Shown: one piece after another, positions 37,041 through 49,536 of the stretch | How positions within the stretch are numbered: the stretch's first letter is position 1 | Layout of the letters: every line of letters starts with the position of its first letter | Assembly (NCBI RefSeq): GCF_000143415.4 | Contig: NW_003314300.1 | Location: 1,099,014 to 1,163,013, forward strand | Direction of reading: 5' to 3' | Length of the DNA: 64,000 bases | DNA from: Selaginella moellendorffii | Lineage: Eukaryota; Plantae; Lycopodiophyta | Made by a program: the position numbers and the translations under genes | The notes under the pieces: generated by a model | What the model saw: the letters and a program-made list of their open reading frames with translations, nothing else | Databases searched by the model: none | Told to the model about the DNA's origin: nothing

Positions 37041-38762
37041 TTACAATCTCAATACCTGTTCGTGCGAAAAGCCGGCTGTTCTTGGCCTCCACACTTTCCA
37101 CAGCCGATCGTGGCTGGCAGTGACGAGAAAATCCGCCGTGGGAGACCAAGCAACGTCGAAAACATGATCGCTATGAGCGCTGGAATCACTCGGTTAGTTC
37201 AAAAGCTCAAAGCTCGGACTCCTTACCTCAAGATGTGAAGACACTCGAAAGTGGCGGTGTCATACAGCCGGACTGTCGTATCACCGGAGGTGGTCGCGAG
37301 CAATCTGCCGTATGGAGAGAACGCGACGCGCTTCACCTCCCCGGAATGCTCTTGCAACACCGCTAGCGGAGAACACATTCTCAAGTCCCATATCCTGCAC
37401 GACTTGTCATCACTTCCAGTGGCTAGCAGCCATCCCGAGTCGTCGATATCTACACCAATGACGTCCTCAACATGGCCACGAATTGTCTGCACGTCTTTGC
37501 TGCACCTGGCATCCCAGAGCTTGGCTGTGTAATCGAAGGAAGAGGTTGCAATCAAATGGCCGCATGGCTGGAAGCAAACTCCATAGACCGTGTTGCGATG
37601 ACCCTGTGAGCAAGAGAAGGACGAAGAATGAACAAAATTCGACGAGCTTTGTGTGGAAATTTACCTTCAAGGTGGTCACCGCAACTCCTCTTTCGGCATC
37701 CCATATGATACAAGTGGTATCGTCAGAAGCTGTAGCTAGTAAGTTAGTTCCTCGCTTGAATGACAATCCATTCACCTGCGAGTGCGAGCATGAGCAAATA
37801 CAAAGGGAAAGATAGAAGAGAGAGAAAAGACTGACCTCGTCTTTGTGACCTTCGAGAACGCTAATGCATTCTCCACTGTCTAAGCTCCAAAGCCGGCATG
37901 TCTGATCCGAGCTCACCGTTGCTACGAGATCTCTTCTCACGGGAGAAAACTTCACGGCATACAGGCCCAGCATATGTCCAGAAAGCACACCGACCTCCTT
38001 CTCCAAGTCCGTATCAAAGATCCGGCAAAAGTGATCCCAAGAGGCCGTCGCTACTAAATTCCCCGAGGGATTCACGGCAATCCCATGCACCGGAGCCGAG
38101 TGCACGAGAAACTTTCGAGCAACGTCCCAGCTCGTCGCGGTTAGATTCTCTTCGACTTTTCGTGGAGGCCGTGCTGCTCCAAACCCAGTCTCCACGACAC
38201 CAACTTCGCTCTCGAATCCCCACGATGGTGCCCGAGACAACCTTAGCCTCATCCCAAGGGCGTGCTTCAAAACTTTGTTCTCGTCATGCAAGCTATGGAC
38301 TTGCCCCTGGAGTTTTTGGTTCACCCTCTCGAGCTCCGCTACCTGGACTTTGAGCTTAGCACGCTCCACCATCACTTGCTGCCATCGCTCGGCCACCTTG
38401 CCCAGCACGAATTTCACCAAAACATCGTCTTCCTCGCCTACATTCTTCTCACCACCGTGATTTTCCTTGTTCCTGTCACTGCCCCTTTGCCTGCTGCTAC
38501 TGCCACCGCTGCTACTACTACACTCCTCGCTCTTCTCCAAGCTAGTCTCCAGCGACGATACCTGGACGCCGGCGTCTTGATCGTAGAGTGAGATCAGGGC
38601 CGAGATTTCTCCGACGAAAGCCCGGCACACCGGGCACGCCGCCTCGTTCCGGAACCAGATCGTGGCGCAGGGCTGGCAGAAGACATGGCCGCATTGCGTG
38701 ATCTGAGCTCGCTGCACGGCTGAGAAGGCGCTCTCGAAGCAAATCTTGCAGGTGAGCCCCAT
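37041..38762 (-). CDS. RING finger - coiled coil - WD40 repeat protein, multi-exon
   Basis: CKIC...CGHVFCQPC...CPVC RING; coiled coil; repeated GH...W-D units; final exon ends SHEQVLRL*. Confidence 0.88.
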
Positions 38763-38926
38763 GATCGATCGCGAGGCCTACATTGGATCCCACCTACCGA
38801 TCGATCGATCGATCAATCGCTCCCGCTTTGGCCCTAAGACATGCGAGGGAGCTATAAGAGAGAGGATTCACGCGCTAATACTAGCGCCCTCCCCCGACGC
38901 AAGGGCGAAGAACCCTAGAGACAGGT

Positions 38927-39000
38927 GGCCTACTAGCTCAGTAGGTTAGAGCGTGGTGTTGATAACGCCAAGGTCGCAAGTTCGAGACTTGCGTGGGCCA
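38927..39000 (+). tRNA. tRNA-Ile, anticodon GAT (nuclear/eukaryotic-type body)
   Basis: Cloverleaf: acceptor GGCCTAC/GTGGGCC, D-arm TAGCTCAGTAGGTTAGAGC, anticodon stem TGGTG/CGCCA with loop TT-GAT-AA (38961-38963), T-arm GCAAG-TTCGAGA-CTTGC; TTTT at 39012. Confidence 0.9.
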
Positions 39001-39258
39001 CACAACACTCCTTTTCATCCATTTTCTTCCTCCTCCGCCGCCAAGATCTTTGCTCATACTCTCAAAAAATCGTTTTTTGGCAAGGATTGGGGCAAATGTG
39101 GCAGATCTAGATCTCCAGAAACGTTTTTAGGCAAGGAATGTGGCCGATCTAGAGCTTGGGCAGACGCAATTCATGAGAGAATATGGCTGATCGGCCCCAA
39201 TTTCATGGATTCTGGCTAGAATTTCCTCGGCAATGGCCGCGTCTTGACGACTACATCA

Positions 39259-40887
39259 ATGGCGAGGCATCTGGAGAAGGCTGTGATCGAGCAGGACGTC
39301 CCTCACCTCGCGGAGCTCATCAATTCGTGCGCCAAGCTCAAAGATCTGTCGCGCGGCAAGCTCCTCCACGATCAAATCGATCGCTCGCCGCTGGGAAGAT
39401 CGACCTATCTCCGGAATCTCCTCATCGACATGTACGGCAAATGCGGCCGCGTGGATGACGCACGGAACGTCTTTGACGCCACCCAAGACCCTAACCATTT
39501 CTCGTGGAATATCCAGATCGCAGCATATGCCCAGAATGGGCATACGCAAGAGGCAAGGAACGGCCTCGATTTAATGCCGCAATGGACGTTAGTCGCCTGG
39601 AACTCGTTGATCACGGCATATGCCCAGAACAAACTCCTCTACGAGGCCAAGCATCTCTTCGCGAATATGCCCGACACGGACGTTATCTCGTGGACGGCTA
39701 TGATCACAGCATATGCCCGGAATGGGCATCCACACGAGGCAAAGGCCACTTTCGATCGATCGCCGGTTCGAAACGTTCTAACGTGGAACGCAATGATCGC
39801 GAGCTACGCGGAGGGCCACTGTTTGGCGGAATCTAAAATGATGTTCGATAAGATGCCTCATTGGCATGTGGTATCTTGGACTGGGATGCTCTCGGCATAT
39901 GCCTCGAATAGGCAAAAGTCTCAAGCGATTGACCTCTTTAACTCGATGCCGCGGCGAGAGGTCGTGTCGTGGAACGCTATGATCCAGGCATACGTTGACT
40001 CATCGGAGCTTGACTCTGCGCGACTAACTCTAAATAAAATGCCCTACTGGGATGTGGTATCGTGCACGGCTATGATCGCCGCATATGCCCAGAACAGGGA
40101 TTTTGATGAGGCTAAGAGATTATTTGCGATCATTCCACAAAAGGACCAAGTTTGCTGGAACACGATGATCACTGCCCACATTAGCAGCGGTGACCTAATC
40201 GCCGCGGAGAGGGCGCTGGAATCTATGCCCACGCCCAACGCCGTGTCGTGGAATATCCTTCTCTCGGCCTACGCGGAGAAGGGCGAGCTGGCGAAGGCGA
40301 GGCGCCTGTTTGACAGCCTCTCCAAGAAGAACCTGGTGACGTGGAACGCCATGGTCCAGGCGTATTGCCAGGCGGGTAATATCTGTGAGGCAAAGGCGCT
40401 GTTTGATCAAATGAAACAACGAGATTCCGTGACGTGGTCGTCCATGATCCAAGCGTATGCCCAAAATGGCCACTACCGCTTGGCATTCGAGCTCTTTGGG
40501 ACGCTCAATCTCGAGGGATTGAAGCCCAGCGAGATCACATTCGTGGAGATCCTCAGCGGGTGCTGCCAATCGGGGAAGATTGGCGACGCAGCATCGTTCT
40601 TCCGGTCGATGATCGAGGATTTTGAGCTGGTGCCGCTGGTGGAGCACTACCGCTGCGTGGTGGATCTTCTAGGGCGATTGAAGCGCTTCGAGGAGGCTGA
40701 GGAGCTGATAGAGAGCATGCCCTTCCCGGCCGATTCGATCGCGTGGATGGCGCTGCTAGCGTCGTGTAGGGTTCACGGTGATGTGGAGCGCGCCAAGATC
40801 GTCGCCAAGAAGATCGGCGATCTAAACCCCGAGAGGGCCGCTACGTATGTGATGCTCGCGAATATCTACAAGAAACCCGAGTCCTAG
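39259..40887 (+). CDS. PLS-type pentatricopeptide repeat protein with E domain
   Basis: Many ~31-aa motifs (SWTAMITAYAQNG...); EHYRCVVDLLGR, WMALLASCRVHGD, YVMLANIY. Confidence 0.93.
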   Translation: MARHLEKAVIEQDVPHLAELINSCAKLKDLSRGKLLHDQIDRSPLGRSTYLRNLLIDMYGKCGRVDDARNVFDATQDPNHFSWNIQIAAYAQNGHTQEARNGLDLMPQWTLVAWNSLITAYAQNKLLYEAKHLFANMPDTDVISWTAMITAYARNGHPHEAKATFDRSPVRNVLTWNAMIASYAEGHCLAESKMMFDKMPHWHVVSWTGMLSAYASNRQKSQAIDLFNSMPRREVVSWNAMIQAYVDSSELDSARLTLNKMPYWDVVSCTAMIAAYAQNRDFDEAKRLFAIIPQKDQVCWNTMITAHISSGDLIAAERALESMPTPNAVSWNILLSAYAEKGELAKARRLFDSLSKKNLVTWNAMVQAYCQAGNICEAKALFDQMKQRDSVTWSSMIQAYAQNGHYRLAFELFGTLNLEGLKPSEITFVEILSGCCQSGKIGDAASFFRSMIEDFELVPLVEHYRCVVDLLGRLKRFEEAEELIESMPFPADSIAWMALLASCRVHGDVERAKIVAKKIGDLNPERAATYVMLANIYKKPES

Positions 40888-41028
40888 GGCTAAATAGCGC
40901 GCCAAATGCAAATTTTGCTTTCTGGAATGGATTGGATTTGTGCTCTATTTGCCACGTTGTCGAGCAAAATCTAGGGCTGACGGACACGCGGCATATTCGG
41001 CTCTGTTTTTAGGCCGTCTTGCCCTAGA

Positions 41029-41062
41029 AGAATATTCTAGAAGGCTCTTTCTGGAACTTTCC
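41029..41062 (+). promoter_or_regulatory. Heat shock elements upstream of HSP110
   Basis: aGAAt-aTTCt-aGAAg and TTCt-gGAAc-tTTCc inverted nGAAn arrays ~200 bp upstream of the ATG. Confidence 0.7.
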
Positions 41063-41251
41063 ATACGCCACACGGCATACTCATTGGTGGCCGTCGGATG
41101 CCGGCATCCGACGGCTGGAGAGCTTAAACCGGTCTCTTTTTGGCGAGGAGGTGAAGCGCGATTAGGGATTTTTCCATCCAGCTCCGGCCGCGAGGCGCAG
41201 CGTCCAGATCTAGAGCTCCTCTCTCGGATTGCGAGGTAAAACTCCGCGAGG

Positions 41252-44213
41252 ATGAGCGTAGTAGGGCTAGATGTCGGCAACGAGAACTGCATCGTGGGAG
41301 TGGCCCGGCAGCGCGGGATTGATGTGGTGCTCAACGATGAATCCAAGCGCGAGACGCCGGGGATGGTGTCCTTCAGTGAGAAGCAGCGGTTTCTTGGCAC
41401 GGCGGCCGCGGCATCAGCTACAATGAACCCTAGGAACACAGTGTCGCAGATCAAGAGGCTGATTGGGAGGAGATTTGCCGACCCCGAGGTCCAGAAGGAT
41501 TTGCAGCTCCTGCCCTTTAATGTGACCGAGGCCGCCGATGGGACCTGCCTGATCCATGTCCGCTACCTCGGAGAGGTGAAAGCCTTCACGCCGACACAGA
41601 TTCTCGGCATGGTTCTCTCCAATCTCAAGACCATCGCCGAGACGAATCTGGGGACCCATGTCGTCGACTGTGTCATTGGGATCCCGGTCTACTTTTCGGA
41701 TTTGCAACGACGGGCTTACCTCGATGCGGCATCCATCGCTGGGCTTCATCCTTTGCGACTCATGCACGAGACCACCGCGACAGCGCTGGCTTATGGGATT
41801 TACAAGACCGATCTGCCAGAGGGCGATCCAGTTCACGTAGCCTTCGTCGACGTTGGCCATGCTAGCACCCAGGTCTGCATCGTGGCTTTCAAAAAGGGTC
41901 AGCTCAAAATTCTTGGGACTGGCTTCGATGCCTCCCTCGGAGGCCGAGACTTCGACGAGCTTCTCTACATTCACTTTGCGTCGACTTTCAAGGAGGAGTA
42001 TAAGATCGACGTGAGATCCAACCCGAAAGCTAGCCTCAGACTCAGGGGTGCGTGTGAGAAGGTGAAGAAGATTCTCAGTGCCAATGCGGTTGCTCCCATC
42101 AGCATCGAGTGCCTCATGGACGAGAAGGACGTCAAGGGGATGATCAAGCGGGAGGACTTTGAGCAGCTGGCGGCGCCATTGCTGAACAGATTCAAGTCGC
42201 CGCTGGAGAAGGCGCTAGTGGAGTCGAAGATACCGCTGGAAAAGATCAACTCGGTGGAAGTTGTGGGGTCTGGTTCCAGGATCCCGGCTATTCTACGCAT
42301 CCTGGCTTCGTTTTTTAATAAGGAGCCCGGTCGGACACTCAACGCCAGCGAGTGTATAGCCAGGGGATGCGCTCTGCAATGCGCGATGCTCAGTCCAACA
42401 TTCAAAGTCCGAGATTTTGAGGTCTGCTTTTCTTTGGCTGCTTTTGAGTATGTTTTTCTAATACGTTGACGTCTATACAGGTGCAAGACTCGTTCCCTTT
42501 TCCAATAGCGCTCTCTTGGAAGGGCCCTGCACCGGAGTCTGAAGATGACAATCCCAACAGCATTGTCTTTGTGAAGGGAAATCTCATCCCAAGCACCAAG
42601 ATGCTGACTTTTTTCCGATCTGGGACATTTGCTATTGACGTCATGTATGCGGATATGAGCGAGCTGCCGGCTGGTGTTGGTCCTAAAATCAGTACATTCA
42701 CGGTAAGCTTCTCGGCTCTTATCTTGTTTAGAGACTGAATGTTTTTCTGTAGATTGGGCCATTCACACCTACTAGGTCCGAGAAAGCGAAAATCAAGGTT
42801 AAGATCCGCCTAAATCTTCATGGCATAGTTTCCGTGGAGTCTGCTACAGTAAGTCTTGACATTGTTTGCTGGTCTGGTTTTACCTTTGTGCTTGTTCCAG
42901 ATGGTCGAGGAAGAGGAGGTCGAAGTTCCGGTTACGAAGGAACCGATTGCGATGGAGACGGATAAAGAGGACGACAAGGGTGATGTTCCTATGGAAGAAG
43001 GCGATGCTAAAGTGGAAAGTGCGGAGGGTACTGACAATGGAGCACCTCCAATGGAGGAACCAGTTGAAACTCAGAAGGTATGTGTGGTGTCCTTTCGCAT
43101 GTTGTTTACGTACTATGGTGGCACATCTTACAGGCCGAGCCTGTTAAGAAGAAGAAGACGAAACGGACGGATGTCCCGGTTACGGAGACGGTTCCCTGTG
43201 GATTGCCTCCAGCGGAGCTCCAGAAAGCCGTGGAGAAGGAGTACGAGTATGCCCTTCAGGATAGAGTTATGGAAGAAACCAAAGACAGAAAGAATGCAGT
43301 GGAAGCCTACGTCTATGACATGCGGAACAAGGTTTGTCATCTCGTATGTGATTTGTAATTTTAATGGCTGCTGCTTCTTTTCAGCTCTACGAGAAGCTGC
43401 ATGACTATGTCACGGATTTTGAGAAGGAGGAGCTAACAGCAAAGCTCCAGCAAACAGAGGACTGGCTGTACGAGGAAGGCGAGGACGAAATCAAGAGCGT
43501 CTACGTTGCAAAGCTCGCTGAGCTGAAAAAGGTAATACCCAGCTGCTAGCTTTAAAACACCTTCCAACTTTTTTCTATTGCAGCTCGGGGATCCCATAGA
43601 AGAACGGCAGAGAGAAGAGGAGACCCGCGCTCCATCCGTCAACACGTTGCTATACTGCATCAACAGCTTCCGAGAGGCCGCGCTTTCCAAGGACCCCAAG
43701 TTTGATCACATCGACCCGGCGGAGAAAGAAAAGGTAAGAAGATTTAGACATCCGAGTAGCTGGCGGTCGCGGTGATTATTAACTCGTGCTTTCCAATGCA
43801 GGTGGTTGTGGAGTGTAACAAGGCGGAGGAATGGTTGCGAGACAAGAAGCATCAGCAAGACGGTCTCGCTCGGTCTGTGAACCCGGTATTGTTATCGGCG
43901 GACATCAAAAAGAAGGCCGAAGTTTTGGACCGGTATGGTGGTCTCGTTCTTGTTTTCCACTTGCAAGTGGAGTGACTTGACTTGTTTTGGATGTTTTTAC
44001 AGGTTTTGCAAGCCGATAATGACGAAACCAAAGCCGGCGCCTCCAAAGGCGGCGGCGCCAGCGGCGGAAGCCAAGTCCGCGGCGGAGAACAAGGAGAGCA
44101 AGGCGGAGCAAGCAGCCGGCGGTGCTCCACAAGCCGAGGACGCGGGCGGCGCCGTTGATCCCATGGACACTGATCACAACAATCCGGAGCAGGAAGGCAG
44201 CCAAAGCGAGTGA
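41252..44213 (+). CDS. HSP110/SSE-type heat shock protein 70 (HSP70-14/15-like), multi-exon
   Basis: MSVVGLDVGNENC..ARQRGIDVVLNDESKRETP, LMHETTATALAYG, ETKDRKNAVEAYVYDMRNK, EDWLYEEGEDE. Confidence 0.95.
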
Positions 44214-44994
44214 CTATGACTTCCGTACCACCTTACAGTACGTGATAAGCCAAGAGGGAAGAGCATTAGCTGAGAAAGAAAAAGAAAAAAGAGAATTTAC
44301 CCCGGGTGTGTGATTATGGGCGAAAGAGAGGCGTCCTTTTTTTTTACGTAAGTAGTTTTGATTCATTTTAAAGTGGGTTTAGCTACAAACTTCCACGTAC
44401 TATACACCTAGGAAAGATATATTTTTCCATAGGAAATGAGAAAGACAAAGAAGAAAGAGATTTTACTCGGTTACAGGCGAAAGGGAGGCGTCCTTATTTT
44501 TAAGGAAGTAGTTTTGATTCATTTTAAGCTACGAAAAGTGGAAACTTCCACGTACTAAACACTTAGGAAAAATATCAAGTCAAAACCAGCAGTCATAGAA
44601 GAATAGGAGAACATCACTATAGGAATTCAACCAAAACATCACGACTTCCACGAACTAAACGATCAGAAATTTTCTTGGTCCAAATGCCAGATTTTGAGTC
44701 AAAGCGGGCGTTTTGCATTTTCTCCATCCTCGAGGTATATTTCTTGTTCTAGAAGGAACGTGGCGCTTGGATCACACTAGCCACGTCACTCGCCACCTCC
44801 GCAACTAAAAATGGAATAAAGCCTGCTAAATTAGGGCGCCTCTGCCAAGCGGCCATCCAACGGCTGCGGCGCGTCCTAGCGTCATCTAACGGGTATCGCG
44901 GCGCCACGCGCGTTTTCTACACCATATTAATTGCCCCACGGTTGTTTTGTAAAAGAAAAAAAGTTTGATCGATCGAGTGCGAGGTAGCGAGACG

Positions 44995-45783
44995 ATGGAT
45001 CCCAGCGAGCAGTCGCAGCTCCAGCGGCGGCATTCCGGCGCTAATGCAGGTCGGAATCTCTTGGGCGATGAGGATTTGTGCTCGTCGTGCGAATCGTCGA
45101 GCGAATCGTCGGGCGCGGCCAAGATCTTCCCTCCGCCGCTCACGATCCTGGCCGGGGACTGCTGCTACTCGCGATTCCCGTATTGCATGCCGCGCTGGGG
45201 GCTCCGCCCCATCCGGAGGAAGGGCCGGTTTCTTCTCCAGGAGGTGAGGGTGCCGCGGCAGCTCATGTTCCACTCGGTGAGGAAGAATGGGCGATTGGTG
45301 CTGATGCTGCTGCTCCACCGCGACCGGATCGAAGATGAATTGCCGCGCGATCACCCAATTGCGGCTGCCACAGCCGGTGATCAAGAAGAAGAAGAAGAAG
45401 AATCCGATAGCTCCTTGATCTCAGGATCCTTGAGCGCGAGCTCTTCCAATTCTTCTTCTTCCAGCTGGAATCTCAAAGATCTCGGCGAGCTGAGTCTCAA
45501 GGATCTCAGAGAGGAGGAGGAAGCCCGGGCTCGGACCGATTCAAATCTCAAGAGTGTGGTTGTGATCAAAGATGGCGTTGTCAAGTTCCCGTACGGAAAT
45601 CCTCTCAAGAACACCAACGTTCCAAAGACTTCCACTTTCCCAGAGAAGAGTTCCTCCACTCTAGCCAAGAGATCGAGCATGGACGATTTGCTGGTGGCGA
45701 ATCTTTGCGGCAAAGCCAGTGGCAGCGCGTGGAAGGGTAGCGACCTCGGCAGCTTCCAAAGCATCTCGCATTGGACACATTGA
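44995..45783 (+). CDS. FANTASTIC FOUR (FAF/DUF3049)-domain protein
   Basis: FPPPLTIL...RPIRRKGRFLLQEVRV...HSVRKNGRLVL. Confidence 0.8.
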   Translation: MDPSEQSQLQRRHSGANAGRNLLGDEDLCSSCESSSESSGAAKIFPPPLTILAGDCCYSRFPYCMPRWGLRPIRRKGRFLLQEVRVPRQLMFHSVRKNGRLVLMLLLHRDRIEDELPRDHPIAAATAGDQEEEEEESDSSLISGSLSASSSNSSSSSWNLKDLGELSLKDLREEEEARARTDSNLKSVVVIKDGVVKFPYGNPLKNTNVPKTSTFPEKSSSTLAKRSSMDDLLVANLCGKASGSAWKGSDLGSFQSISHWTH

Positions 45784-46167
45784 TGGAAAAGATTGGGCAA
45801 CCTCTCAAATATCTTCTCTTTGCTATATTAAAGAGTTGTAAAGTTACAGATCATGATCGATCATCCAAAACCACAGAAAAAAAGGAGTAAAGTAACGGAT
45901 CAATCGAACAACAATCAAAACCACAAAGTCAATAAGATGGTCAAAACACAGAAAAAAAAAACTGCCTGTGGGGTTGGCTGGATCAAGCTGGCCGCCTATT
46001 TGAGAAAACGTGTTCTTATCTTACAGGGGGTGAAAAAGAGTCGGGTGGGTCGCATTTCAGACCATGCACGTGAATTTCCTGGAACAGAGCACGTCAACCC
46101 ACGTCAAAACCCAAAAACCCTAAAAACGATACCTCTGGATATGCTCTCACGTTTGAATCTTTCACCT

Positions 46168-48490
46168 CTACTGGTGGTGAAAGTGGCAGAGGAGCTTGGA
46201 GCTCCTTGGCTCGCCCCGCTTGGAGTGGAGTGGCACAACGCGAATTCCTTGCTCCAGCTCCGGGACGGGGATGCAAGCTTGCCCCACGAAATCGTCTCTC
46301 CGCATTCGATCGTGCTCCCACACCTCGAATCGCAGCACGGCGATCTCCGGGACTGGAAGAAACGAAACCAAACGATTCTAGGGAATGACACCATCGCTCC
46401 AGAGCTTTACTTACCTGTTAGCGGGAACTCGAACACCTCGGTTTCCCAGTTTGGATGATGCGTCTTGTGCGCGACTTTGGTCCTCTTTTTCAGCTTGTCG
46501 GCCGCAACTCCATGCACCGCAACCTACACCCATGTTGAAAAAGAGTTTCCAGTACTGGAAAGAGAGAGAAAGAAAAACTGCTCACCTTTACGTAGAAATC
46601 TGGTTTGGAGAAGAGATCGAATCGCTTGTGCCAGTCGGTGCCTGTCAAGACTCTCACCTGCATGTACAGCGACATGAAATCGGAGCTACTGGCCGGTTTT
46701 GCGAACCTTGAGTGTAGATTTGACGTTGCTGTCGTGTGGGACGTCGCTGAGAAAGCAGTCGGGCTTTTTTATGTAGCCGCAGCCTCCGTTTCCAAGGAAG
46801 AAACCTCGAGCAACCCAGCACGGACGGTCTTTTCCTTGCAAGTTTAACGCGGCCAGCTGAAATCCATGACTCCAAGCAAGCATTGGATCCGCATTCGAGG
46901 AATCAAAGCGGAGGCCGAACGGGTACATTCGGCCCAAGTTGTTCTTTGTGTACCTGAAAGTATGGAGTTAGAAAACTTGCAAAACAATATAAGAACACCA
47001 AACTGGATGAGAGAAAATGGATTCGACAGCACTGATTTCTTTAGCTGGGGCTCGCTCATGTTGGCCATGATTGCAGTGCTGGTGGAGACAAGTTCGCCAT
47101 TGACAGGAGCTTCCTTCATCTCCGACGGTTTGGCGCAGTAGATGTACAGCAAGTGCTGTAGCTCCGGGATTTTGGGAACTTCAGGATGTTCCTCGTGCAA
47201 ACTGGCGGCAGCCATTGCTTCCGCAGCTTTCGTAACATTACGCTTGCCGCGATGTTTTCTATCTTCTTCTTCATCCGATGAACTGCTTGAGAAGCTGCTC
47301 TCTGAGCCGCTGTGTCGATGATTTGGAGTAATAGCTTCTACAGCGCCCTCTGGATCCCGGGCAACCTATTCCAAGGTAGGCGATATAAGATGCATTTGAA
47401 AAAATGCGAACTAAAGTTACCTGCTTGGCTAAATGCTCCGTTGGAGGTTTGTCCGAGATGATTATCTTTCTCCTGAGTTCCCAGGGTGACAGAAACTCTG
47501 TCGGGGGCGTCTCAGAAGCCGGTATATACAATGCATCGCCAACGAGCTCTCGAAGTATCTGCATTTATCCTATTCATTAGAATAATCACAGTGCAGAGCC
47601 AGAAAAGAAGAAGCAAAAGGAAATACTTGAGAGAAAAACAAAACACAAAATATAAGCATTGAAGAAGCAGAAGAAAAAAAAAGTGGCTTGTCAGAGAAAC
47701 CTTGGCCGCTTCCTGTTGTAAAGCCGGTGGCAAATGATTTTCAATAGTGACAATCACTGGGTATTCCGACGCTACAAAAGCGTGCTCCTTTATAGCCGCT
47801 ACGCAGACATCGAATGGAACAGCCCTCGTCAACGTGCTGCAACACGGCATTCAGATTTGCCTCGAGCAATCAATCAAAGGCATACCAAACTCATACCAAA
47901 AGCACAAAGCAAATCACACTTCCAGGAAAGAAAGAACGAAAGAAAAGAGCTCACCCGCCATGGAAGACCATAACCTTGCCTTTGTGCTCCCAGCAGTCCA
48001 ACTCGATGACACGGCAGCCATTTCGTAGCGCCAAGACAATGGGCGACGAGCACGATTTGGAGGTGAGCTGGTTCCCTTTGAGGTACGAGTTGTGGCTTGT
48101 ATGGATGTAATAATGTGAGAGTGGAGCAGTCATGTCGTGGCTTGGCTGCGAATCAATCACCTTGACTTTAGCATATACTGATAGAACGCAGGAAAAAAAA
48201 GGAAGCTATGCTATGTATGACGAAGTCTTTCTTACCTTCTTCGTGCCAAGCATTGCAGCATTGAGTGCTGGATCGAGGAGAAATTTGTGGATGAAGCTCG
48301 TGAGATCCAGGCCCTGCGGCGCCAGCCTAGACATAATCTCGGACGCTGTGCTCTGGCTCAAGCTCGGGTCACAGCCTTGAAATCTCTCCAAGAAACGCGC
48401 CATTCCAGCGGCATTTATGACCGTGCCCCCGCCGGCAGCCTCATCAAACATCTCCCTCACGAGCTCTGGCGGCTGGAGATTTCCCTTCAT
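46168..48490 (-). CDS. Phosphoinositide-specific phospholipase C, multi-exon
   Basis: HDMTAPLSHYYIHTSHNSYL.GNQL, RVIELDCW, SEYPVIVTIENHL, R.YP.GLRFDSSN, NGGCGYIKKP, C2 domain DDFVGQACIPVPEL. Confidence 0.93.
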
Positions 48491-49536
48491 TGTCCCTGCC
48501 GCTGGGTTTCTCTCGTAATATCGCTCGACTGACTGCCGCGACGCGAATCACATTCGCTTTACCTGGAGGGAATCGCGACGCGCTCGCCGGCGCCGGCTAG
48601 GGCAACGCAGCCTCCGATCACTGTGAAACACGAGGACGTTGATCGATCGCGAGCTAGAAGAGGAAGAAAGAGGGATTAATCTATCCCGAGGAAGTAAAAG
48701 GACAAAACCCTGGTGGTATATTCTACGAATATTACATGGACAGGGATATGCTATTTCGATGCCAGGAATATAAGATTACACACGTTCCAGTCTCTCCCTT
48801 TCACACTAATGGCGTTAGTGGCACCACAGTACAAGGCTGTCCTTACAAGCGCTGGAGCAAACAAGGCCTTCTCCTTCTAGGGCTCCTCTCTTCCACTCCA
48901 GCGTTTAGGGCTCGCAGATCCCAGCTCCTGGCGATGGCGACGCAATGCCGCGGCGATCAATGCGGCAGGCGCTGGAGCGCGCGCCTCTCTCCGGCAGTGT
49001 GCTCCAGCAGCAGGGGTGTGAGATCACGATGATCGGCAGCACAGTGGAAAAGAACAAGCGGCCAGCGGAGGAATCACAGGGGGCGGGGTGCCACGCATTG
49101 ATTTCCAGCGGTGCGCGGTACTAGTAGGTCCTGCATTGATGCGCGGCTCGCTTCTTTCGTCCCATTCATGAGATAGCGGTGCGGGGGAGTGACAAAAGCT
49201 CTCTCGAGGTGAGATCCATATCCTGGTTTCTACGGGTTCTCTTTTCTTTTGCTTTGATTTTTCAACGTAGCCAGAGAGAATAGGCACTAGTCCAGTGGTG
49301 TGATCTTTGTTTCATAGTTCTTTTTTTTTCCAGGCTCGAGTTTTTTGCATACTAGGTACTGGTGGTCCGGATAAAAGTCAAAGGGGACTTTTACGAGCTG
49401 GGATCACAAAAGCAGGGAGAAAGAGGACTTGTCCATCCTTTCGAATCGATTCCATGGCTGGATACTTCTTCTACTGCTAAGGTGCTGGTTTTCTTCTTCG
49501 ATCTATAGGATTTGCTGCTGCTGCTTCTCGCTAGCA

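Noticed and set aside
44318-44575. Short direct duplication downstream of HSP110
   Set aside because: Ordinary local 3' duplication with no element hallmarks.
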